Assembly: GCA_965216915.1 (NCBI GenBank)
Contig: CBDCGS010000007.1
Location: 21,378-85,377 of the forward strand
Length of the DNA stretch: 64,000 nt
Direction: 5' to 3'
DNA from: Alphaproteobacteria bacterium
GTDB lineage: Bacteria; Pseudomonadota; Alphaproteobacteria; UBA828
The notes beneath the pieces are model-generated. The model was not told where the DNA came from. It ran no database searches and worked only from the letters and a program-made list of their open reading frames with translations. Positions within the stretch are counted from its first letter, which is position 1. Each line of letters opens with the position of its first letter. Below are positions 29,265 through 36,771 of the stretch, in pieces. The translations under genes and the position numbers were made by a program.

Positions 29265-29423
29265 GATGCCTGCTCTCTGCCTGTGGCGGACGATGCGGGA
29301 TTGCCGCGTCCGGCAAGGTGACATGGAGCGGGTTTCTTCCCCGTTAACGAATAATGCGGCTTTTCCGATGTCGGGGATTGGAGCCTGGCAAAACCCGGTG
29401 CGCGGCCCATATCCTTCGGGACC

Positions 29424-29606
29424 ATGGCGAGGAAGAGCAAGAAGCGACGTCCGCGAGCCAAGCGGGTGCGGATCCGTGTGAACCCGGCGGCACGTGCTCT
29501 CGCCGATCCGCGGTTTCGGCCGCGCCGGACCCGCGCGCGGAAGGCGTATCAGCGCGCCCGGGTTCGTGCCGCGCTCCGCCGACAGCTGTCGGACGGCGAC
29601 AACTAG
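29424..29606 (+). CDS. hypothetical highly basic 60-aa protein, possibly ArfA-like (alternative ribosome-rescue factor A)
   Basis: ORF 29424..29606(+). NPAARALADPRFRPRRTRARKAYQRA resembles the ArfA core N..A.AL..P.FR.R...KGKGSY.R. No obvious SD. 14-bp perfect palindrome ccgacagctgtcgg at 29579-29592 near the 3' end. Confidence 0.3.
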   Translation: MARKSKKRRPRAKRVRIRVNPAARALADPRFRPRRTRARKAYQRARVRAALRRQLSDGDN

Positions 29607-30448
29607 GCCTTACGTCGCGGACCCAGCGCCCGCGGCGGGTGCTTCGCGCCGCGATAAAGGACCGAGGCCTGAACCTCCACCTTGCGGCGCCACGCGGCCA
29701 AGGCCGCCTCGGACATCTCGGCGTCGGGCCGCGGGTCGACGTCGAAATGGCCGTGCCTGTCTTGACCGCGCACCAGCATGGCCGACTCGCGCGGCGCGTG
29801 CTGGTAGGCGTGCGCCGGCACATATTCGAGCAGAAAGATGATGCGGCGATCGGCGGTGCAATTGGCGCCGGAGCTGTGGCAGATCGCGTTGTTGAAGAAC
29901 ACCATCTCGCCTGCCGCCAGCGGGAGGGTGATCGCGCCGGCTGTCTCGAGTGGCCCGTCGATCGCCTGTTCGCGCGTCAGCAGGCTCGCTGTCCCGAAAT
30001 GCTCCTTGTGGGGGAGGAGGGGGCCCGCGTGCGAGCCGGGAACCACGCGAAGCGGCCCTGCGTCGACCCCGCAGTCGGAGAGCGCGACCGCCGCGATCAC
30101 CACGATCGGCTTGATGTCGCAGTAAGCGGTGTCCTGATGCCACCCGGCGAATGTCTTCGAGTTGGCTTCCTTGACGCGGAGAGAAACACCCCAGCAGAGG
30201 AGATCGGGCCCGAGCACGTCCTCGATGGGATCGAGGATGCCGGGCAGGCGCGTCATCTCGTCGATCCAGGGACAGAGCAGCGAGGCGCCCTGATCGAGCT
30301 TCGCCACATGCGCCGGCCAGCGCGCCTCGAAGCGCTCGAGCGCCCGGCGATAGACGGCGGCCTCCGCTCCACTCATGACGCGCACCGGGCTGTGATAGCC
30401 CTCGCTGCGAAACCGCTCGACCTCCGCGGATGACAAGACCTTCGGCAT
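29603..30448 (-). CDS. phytanoyl-CoA dioxygenase (PhyH) family Fe(II)/2-oxoglutarate oxygenase
   Basis: ORF 29603..30448(-), 281 aa. LSSAEVERFRSEGY N-terminus and WHQDTAY (HxD) motif. Confidence 0.85.
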   Translation of the reverse strand: MPKVLSSAEVERFRSEGYHSPVRVMSGAEAAVYRRALERFEARWPAHVAKLDQGASLLCPWIDEMTRLPGILDPIEDVLGPDLLCWGVSLRVKEANSKTFAGWHQDTAYCDIKPIVVIAAVALSDCGVDAGPLRVVPGSHAGPLLPHKEHFGTASLLTREQAIDGPLETAGAITLPLAAGEMVFFNNAICHSSGANCTADRRIIFLLEYVPAHAYQHAPRESAMLVRGQDRHGHFDVDPRPDAEMSEAALAAWRRKVEVQASVLYRGAKHPPRALGPRRKA

Positions 30449-30494
30449 CGGCGCTGTTGCTCTGTTAGGCCACCGCGATCGTCGCCGTCCCGCC

Positions 30495-30547
30495 GAACCG
30501 CAAAGGTTTAGGCCAAACCCTATCCAGCATCCCGGGACGAAACACCT
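30495..30547 (+). mobile_element. second relic of the same transposase 3' end / IS terminus
   Basis: gaaccgcaaaggtttaggccaaaccctatccagcatcccgggacgaaacacct aligns by eye with 21671-21725 at roughly three quarters identity. It translates piecewise to EPQRFRPNPIQH / PGRNT*. Confidence 0.5.
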
Positions 30548-31934
30548 AGACGACGACCACCTTGCCCGGGTTCATCAGATTGTGGGGGTCCAGCGTCTGT
30601 TTGATCGCACGCATGACGGAGACCGCTTCGGAGCCGTGCTCGGCCTCGAGATAATCGAGCTTGCCGCAGCCGATGCCGTGCTCGCCGGTCGACGTGCCAC
30701 CCATGGCGAGCGCGCGGTTGATCATGCGCTTGTTGAGCCGGTGCGCCTCCGTCATCTCACCCGGCTCGTCGGGCTTGATGATGAAGCAGACGTGGAAATT
30801 GCCGTCACCGACATGCCCGACGATCGGCGCAATGAGCGGCGAGGCATCGAGGTCTTTCTTGGTTTCGAGCAGGCACTCGGCGAGGCGCGAGATGGGCACG
30901 CAGACATCCGTCGCCCAGCCCGACGCGCCCGGCCTGAGCGCGAGACAGGCGTAGTAGACATCGTGGCGTGCCTGCCAGAGCTTGCTGCGATCCTCCGACC
31001 GGGTCGCCCAGCGAAAGTTCGAGCCGCCAAAATCGTCCACGATCTCCCGCACCTGGGCGACCTGCTCGGCGACCCCTGAGTCGGTGCCGTGGAACTCGAA
31101 GAACAGCGTGTGGGCGACGGGAAAATCGAGCTCGGAGAAGCGGTTGCAGGCGTCCATCTGGATGTCGTCCAAGAGCTCGATGCGCGCCACCGGAATTCCC
31201 GATTGGATCGTCAGGATCACCGCGTTGACGCAATCCTCGAGCGATGGGAAGGAGCAGACCGCGGCCGAGATCGCCTCGGGAATGCCGTAGAGCTTGAGCG
31301 TCACCTCGGTGATCACGCCGAGCGTGCCCTCCGAGCCCACCATCAGCCGGGTGAGGTCGTAGCCCGCGGCCGATTTGCGGGCGCGCCCGCCGGTCTTCAT
31401 GATGCGCCCGTCGGGCAGCACCACCGTCAGCCCGAGCACGTTCTCCTTGAGCGTGCCGTAGCGCACCGCGTTGGTGCCGGAGGCGCGTGTCGCGGTCATG
31501 CCGCCGAGGGTCGCGTCGGCGCCGGGATCGATCGGGAAAAACAAGCCGGTGTCGCGCAGATGGGTGTTCAGCTGCTTACGGGTGACGCCGGCTTGAACGG
31601 TGACGTCGAGGTCTTCCGGGCTGACTCTGAGAACCTCGTTCATCTGCCCCATGTCGATGGTCACGCCGCCCTCGAGCGCACAGACATTGCCCTCGACCGA
31701 GGTGCCGACCCCGAACGGAACCATCGGAACACGGTGATCCGCGCAAATCCGCACGATCTCGGCCACCTCCTCGGTGGTGTGAGGAAACACCACCGCATCG
31801 GGCGGCCGCGGCGCATGATAGGTCTCGCCGGTGGCGTGGTGGGCCCGGACGGCCTCGGCCGTCGAAAGGCGGTCGCCGAGCAGCGCGCGCAGCGCGTCGA
31901 CCGCCGTCTCCGTATCTTTGAGCGCGGTTGCCAT
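30546..31934 (-). CDS. FAD-linked oxidase (D-lactate dehydrogenase / GlcD-like)
   Basis: ORF 30546..31934(-), 462 aa. FAD_binding_4 pattern (VVFPHTTEEVAEIVRICADHRVPMVPFGVGTSVEG) and C-terminal GTSTGEHGIG. Confidence 0.9.
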   Translation of the reverse strand: MATALKDTETAVDALRALLGDRLSTAEAVRAHHATGETYHAPRPPDAVVFPHTTEEVAEIVRICADHRVPMVPFGVGTSVEGNVCALEGGVTIDMGQMNEVLRVSPEDLDVTVQAGVTRKQLNTHLRDTGLFFPIDPGADATLGGMTATRASGTNAVRYGTLKENVLGLTVVLPDGRIMKTGGRARKSAAGYDLTRLMVGSEGTLGVITEVTLKLYGIPEAISAAVCSFPSLEDCVNAVILTIQSGIPVARIELLDDIQMDACNRFSELDFPVAHTLFFEFHGTDSGVAEQVAQVREIVDDFGGSNFRWATRSEDRSKLWQARHDVYYACLALRPGASGWATDVCVPISRLAECLLETKKDLDASPLIAPIVGHVGDGNFHVCFIIKPDEPGEMTEAHRLNKRMINRALAMGGTSTGEHGIGCGKLDYLEAEHGSEAVSVMRAIKQTLDPHNLMNPGKVVVV

Positions 31935-32043
31935 CGTCCGAGGTTACCCCATCGGCGCCGCCATTTCACCCAACGGCGCCTGCCCGCCGCGCACCGCTCG
32001 TGTACAATCCGGCGCCGATTGCCAAGGCTCCGGGAGAGATCCG

Positions 32044-34116
32044 ATGGCGTACCGCATATCCGTCGATACCGGCGGTACCTTCACCGATGCCGTGATCGCG
32101 GATGACAGTGGTCGCCAGACCATCGGGAAGGCGCTCACCACGCCCGCGCGTATTTTCGACGGCATGCGCGATGCGATTGCGGTTGCGGCCGACGAACGCG
32201 AGGTCCCGCTTGGCGCGGTGCTGCGTGACGCGACGATCCTGATCTATGGCACGACCCGGGCCACCAACGCCGTCGTGACCGGGGCCACGGCCAAGACCGC
32301 CTTCCTCACGACCGAAGGGTTTCCCGACGTGTTGGTGTTGCGCGAGGGCGGCAAGTTCAATCCGCATGACTACAGCACCCCTTATCCGGACCCCTACGTC
32401 CCGCGCCGCTACACCTTCGAGATCCACGAGCGGATCGATGCGCAGGGCGAGGTGGCGCGTGCGCTCGACGAGGGGCAAGCCCGCACGGTCATCGAGATGC
32501 TGAAGGCGCGGGGCTTCGAGGCCGTCGCCGTCTCGTTCCTTTGGTCGATTGCCAACCCGGCGCACGAGCAAGCGGTCGGCCGCCTGATTGCCGAGATCAT
32601 GCCCGGCATCCCCTGCACCCTTTCGCATGAGCTGATTCCGATCGTCCGCGAGTACCGCCGGGCCTCGGCGACGGCCATCGATGCCTCGCTCAAACCCCTG
32701 ATGCAGAACCACCTCCGTCAGATGGAGGAGGACCTTCGCGCCGCCGGGTTCTCGGGAGAGACGCTCATCTCGACCTCGGTCGGGGGCTGCCAACATGTCG
32801 CGGACGTGGCGACCAAGCCCATCCACACACTCAAATCGGGCCCCGCGATGGCACCGGTCGGCGGCAAGGCCTACGGCATGATCGAGGCCGTCGGCGGGGA
32901 CGTCATCGTCTGCGACACCGGTGGCACCACGTTCGACGTCGGCCTCGTGCGCGACGGCGGCCTGGTCTATACCCGCGACAGTTGGCTCGGCGGCCAGTGG
33001 CTCGGCCACCTGGTGAGCATGTCGACCGTCGACGTGCGCTCGATCGGGGCCGGCGGCGGCTCCATCGCCTGGGTCGATTCGGGCGGGCTGCTACGCGTCG
33101 GCCCTGCAAGCGCGGGCGCGGTGCCGGGGCCCGCCTGCTACGCCGCCGGGGGCGACAAGCCGACCGTGACCGATGCCGCGCTGGTGCTCGGCTACTTCGA
33201 TGCCGACTACTTCAACGGCGGGCGCATGACGCTGGACCCCGACGCCGCCAACCGCGTCATCCGGGGGCTCGCCGAGACCATCGGGCAGTCGCCGGAGGCG
33301 GCGGCCGCCGCCGTGGTCACGATCGCGAACGAGCTCATGATCAAGGCGATCCACGAGATCACCGTGTCCGAGGGGCTGAACCCGCGGGAGAGCGTGATCG
33401 TCGCGGGCGGCGGCGCGGCCGGGCTCAACATCATGCCGATCGCCCGCGAGCTCGGCTGCGCCACCGTGATCCTGCCCAAGACCGCAAGCGCGCTCTCCGC
33501 CTGCGGCATGCAGTTCTCCGACATCATCAGCGAACACACCGTGAGCCGGGTCACGCTCTCCGGCCGCTTCGACTTCGACGGCGTCAATGCCGCCCTTGCC
33601 GAGATCGATGAGGCGCTGGAGCGCTTTCGGACGAACCTGCCTGGCGGGGCGGCGGCATCCTACGCAAAGACGCTGCTCGTCGAGGCGCGTTATCAATCGC
33701 AGGTGTGGGAGCTCGACACGCCGCTGCCCGTGGCCCGCTTCGAGGATGACGCGGATGTCGAGGCGCTCGTCCAAGCCTTTCACGCCGTGCATGACCGGGT
33801 CTACGCGGTGATCGACGAGGGCAGCCAGGTCGAGTGCGTCAATTGGAAGGGCCGGCTCTCCGTGACCCTTTCGGACCCGCCGGCACCGGCTGCCACTGCA
33901 CCCGCCGCGCACACACCGGAGGCGGAGCGGCGCCGCGATGCCTATTTCCCCGGCATCGGGCGGCGGCCCACGCCCGTGTTCCGCGGGGATGCGCTCGTCG
34001 CCGGCGCCACGATCGAAGGCCCCGCGATCATCGAGGAGCCGACCACGACCATCGTGATCTATCCGGAGATGACCGCGCGGGTCAGCGCCGCAGGCAACTA
34101 CGTGCTGACGGCCTAG
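32044..34116 (+). CDS. hydantoinase/oxoprolinase family protein (HyuA-type, A subunit)
   Basis: ORF 31831..34116(+) trimmed to ATG 32044. YRISVDTGGTFTDAV, VCDTGGTTFDV. Confidence 0.9.
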   Translation: MAYRISVDTGGTFTDAVIADDSGRQTIGKALTTPARIFDGMRDAIAVAADEREVPLGAVLRDATILIYGTTRATNAVVTGATAKTAFLTTEGFPDVLVLREGGKFNPHDYSTPYPDPYVPRRYTFEIHERIDAQGEVARALDEGQARTVIEMLKARGFEAVAVSFLWSIANPAHEQAVGRLIAEIMPGIPCTLSHELIPIVREYRRASATAIDASLKPLMQNHLRQMEEDLRAAGFSGETLISTSVGGCQHVADVATKPIHTLKSGPAMAPVGGKAYGMIEAVGGDVIVCDTGGTTFDVGLVRDGGLVYTRDSWLGGQWLGHLVSMSTVDVRSIGAGGGSIAWVDSGGLLRVGPASAGAVPGPACYAAGGDKPTVTDAALVLGYFDADYFNGGRMTLDPDAANRVIRGLAETIGQSPEAAAAAVVTIANELMIKAIHEITVSEGLNPRESVIVAGGGAAGLNIMPIARELGCATVILPKTASALSACGMQFSDIISEHTVSRVTLSGRFDFDGVNAALAEIDEALERFRTNLPGGAAASYAKTLLVEARYQSQVWELDTPLPVARFEDDADVEALVQAFHAVHDRVYAVIDEGSQVECVNWKGRLSVTLSDPPAPAATAPAAHTPEAERRRDAYFPGIGRRPTPVFRGDALVAGATIEGPAIIEEPTTTIVIYPEMTARVSAAGNYVLTA

Positions 34117-34275
34117 AGTCTCGGGCCCGCGATACTCTGCGCAATTCGGAGACCGGCCGTTCCGATCGGAGCCAACCATGTGGTCCGGCGGCAAGAGATA
34201 GCGCTGGCATTTGCGCGCGCGAGCGGCTACCTCCTACGCATCGCCCGCGGCATCGTGAGCAATGCCGCGACCGGT

Positions 34276-34352
34276 CGGGGTGTGGCGCAGTCTGGCAGCG
34301 CATCTGCTTTGGGAGCAGAGGGTCGCCGGTTCGAATCCGGCCACCCCGACCA
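34276..34352 (+). tRNA. tRNA-Pro (anticodon UGG)
   Basis: Manual cloverleaf: cggggtg/caccccg acceptor, gcgc D-stem, tctgc-tttggga-gcaga anticodon arm, gccgg-ttcgaat-ccggc T-arm, encoded CCA. 77 nt. Confidence 0.9.
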
Positions 34353-34459
34353 ATTATTTCAAGAGGTTGATTCTGGTCGAGCCGCGCGAGACGGCTCTGT
34401 CGTGCGTCCTGGCGCTGAGCCAGGCGACTATGGCGGCAGCGATACCGGCGTTCTCATCG

Positions 34460-35959
34460 TCAGGACGTTTTGTGAGGGTCGTACATCCATCCGGTATTGA
34501 CGACCACGACCTTTTCGTCGGTCCGAATCTCGAACTCATCGCATTTGTCGATGAACAGGCCCAATCCGGCCATTCCGGAGAGCTCCGATTGAATCCCTTC
34601 TCTCTTCGCGATCTGTCTCGCTTCCTCGGCGCGTTTGTCGGGGATGGTGTAGATACCGGACTTGCGCCCCAGAATGCCTTCGTTCTTTAGATTCTTGACC
34701 TTGTTTTCCACGTCCTTTTGTGTCGGTCGGAAGGCGGCGAATAGCTTGTCCATTCTCGTATTGGGCTCGTGGGTTGTTGCTCCGTAAACATTTATCCCTC
34801 TCAAACTATCCATGCTGGGCAGGCTCAAAAGCCTTCTGTCCCGCACCTTCGATTTGCATTCCTTCTCTAGCAACAGCGCGATTCCCGTAAACAAGTCCCC
34901 GGTTCCAAACGGGACAAAAATGTGGCTCGGTTCTACCTGCAATATTTCATAGGTCAGCCAATCATAAAATTGATGACGCTCCGGCGTGACGACATTTCGC
35001 GTCGTAATGTCGATTCCGCCCGGGTTGTTTGTGATTTCCAGGACCAGATCTTCATCCAATTCCTCCGCGTCGAGGTCATAGGGAAACACTTCCGCTCCCA
35101 TGACCCTCAGCCTGGCGATCACGCCCGGGTCGGCGCGTACTTGATCCACGATGACTCGCAGCGGGGGGAGATCGTATTCCTTCAACAGGGTTTGCAGGGC
35201 GTAGGCGGCACTACCACTCGAAATCATTGACAACACAGGGATGCTAATATTTCCACTCACTGGAGATTTCGCGTGGCTCAAGCCTTGTAAAATTTTCTTT
35301 TTATAGAGGATCAACTGCTCCCACGCCCATCGATCCTTGTGGGTTCCCGTGTGATTGCGCGACTCATCCTTGATCAGCAGATTCCGCCCACAAACATCAA
35401 GGGGCATCATGGGTGTGGCTGGAAACCGTGGCGATTTCGGCGGATATTCAGGCCTTTCCGGGTCATCGTCGCTCCTGGGTATGACGATCCAATGCAGAGC
35501 CTGCTTAAGGTGTTCGCGCGAATATCGTGGTCGATTTCCCGCGGTAATACTGTCATCAGTCAGCAATTTTGATAAAAAAACAGGAAAATTCACGTTTGTA
35601 CTAGTGAACAAATCGTCCAAATCAGAGACGTGTTTTCCCTTGTCACTATTTTCTATGTCGGCCGCTCTGTCTTCATAGTATAAGTTGCGCATTGCATGAC
35701 ACAATGCGGTCAATTGAAAAGCATTGTTTTTGAAAACAAAACGTTTTTCTTCTCTAAGAAAGTTTCTGATATGCCGGGGTGTTGGAGTTTCCTTTTCCCC
35801 GATCAACATCGTCATCGCAAAATGGATGTCGGCAACCTGTGCTCCCGTGTCGTCGCACACCTGCAGCGCTGCCTTTCGCAGCGCCTGGTATCGCCCAGCG
35901 GCTTTCCAGAACCTTAGATGCGCCCTTTTGTCCCGCGCCGAAAATACCGAAGAAGGCAC
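34460..35959 (-). CDS. two-domain protein: unknown N-terminal domain (~185 aa) fused to a fold-type-II PLP-dependent enzyme (threonine synthase/cysteine synthase-like)
   Basis: ORF 34460..36139(-) trimmed to GTG 35957-35959, 6 nt after AAGGAG. LIKDESRNHTGTHKDR is the PLP-lysine motif (Lys codon 35336-35338). FVPFGTGDLFTGI is the phosphate-binding loop equivalent. Visibly low GC. Confidence 0.75.
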   Translation of the reverse strand: MPSSVFSARDKRAHLRFWKAAGRYQALRKAALQVCDDTGAQVADIHFAMTMLIGEKETPTPRHIRNFLREEKRFVFKNNAFQLTALCHAMRNLYYEDRAADIENSDKGKHVSDLDDLFTSTNVNFPVFLSKLLTDDSITAGNRPRYSREHLKQALHWIVIPRSDDDPERPEYPPKSPRFPATPMMPLDVCGRNLLIKDESRNHTGTHKDRWAWEQLILYKKKILQGLSHAKSPVSGNISIPVLSMISSGSAAYALQTLLKEYDLPPLRVIVDQVRADPGVIARLRVMGAEVFPYDLDAEELDEDLVLEITNNPGGIDITTRNVVTPERHQFYDWLTYEILQVEPSHIFVPFGTGDLFTGIALLLEKECKSKVRDRRLLSLPSMDSLRGINVYGATTHEPNTRMDKLFAAFRPTQKDVENKVKNLKNEGILGRKSGIYTIPDKRAEEARQIAKREGIQSELSGMAGLGLFIDKCDEFEIRTDEKVVVVNTGWMYDPHKTS

Positions 35960-36375
35960 CGCTCGCTCCTTCTCGACGGTGGTTGATCGGTTGCCGCAAC
36001 GCCCGTGACCGCCGCCCAGCCGCGCGCGAAACCATCTCTCCGCATTGAGGCGTGGCGACGGTCTCCTCTCAGCTGGACGGTAGCAGCGGAGCACGAGAGA
36101 GGCGAAGAGAATTAACCTGGCAATCCGGTGGAAAAACAACGACGCGCCGGGGTTTCCTTTTGCGCGCCGCGCAGCGTCGGGGAAATACGAATGAAATGAG
36201 GTCGGCCAACCCCAGCCGATCCTGCGACAATCCGAAGCATTGATGATTCATGGGAAAAACGTCGACCCGACCGAGGTGACACACGCGGCAATTAACCATT
36301 TTCCCGAAGTTATCCCCACAACAGCGGGAGTGAATCACGGACAATGTTGCGGCGAGTAAACGGAGGAGGAAGGAG

Positions 36376-36564
36376 ATGGACCAGATGACCAAGGGACCGC
36401 AGCAGCCCAGTGACGACCCGCGATCTTGCCGCGCCATCGAGTTTGCCTTCGGGATTGAGGGTCGGGTCGCCCAGCTTCGCGCGTTCGCCTCGTTCGCAAT
36501 TCGCATCAACCATGAGCTGCTCGAGGCATTGCGAGGCCTCCTTCTCGCGGTGCGGAAATCTTGA
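36376..36564 (+). CDS. hypothetical 62-aa protein
   Basis: ORF 36376..36564(+), preceded by the very strong SD run cggaggaggaaggagATG. Host-like codon bias. No recognisable motif. Confidence 0.35.
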   Translation: MDQMTKGPQQPSDDPRSCRAIEFAFGIEGRVAQLRAFASFAIRINHELLEALRGLLLAVRKS

Positions 36565-36771
36565 CCCGATCCCACCGATACCCCGATCGCGCACATCCGA
36601 TGGGCTGCGACCGGGGGGCGGGAGACTCCAAGCACGTGTTCCTTCGGGCGGGCGCCGTTTCTGCGGATCGATTCCCCAGAACCGCCGCGCCGCCCGAACG
36701 CCCGTTAAGGCCCCGTTATAGCCGGCGAAGGAAAATCCTGACCGGCATCTGTTGCCTCGAGGGACCCAACG

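Noticed and set aside
36201-36220. Possible degenerate direct repeat of the tRNA-Pro 3' end (gtcggccaaccccagccga versus tccggccaccccgacca), which would delimit the low-GC insertion.
   Set aside because: It has only about 12-13 matching positions, with an indel. That is within chance expectation for GC-rich DNA. It is mentioned only as something to test computationally.
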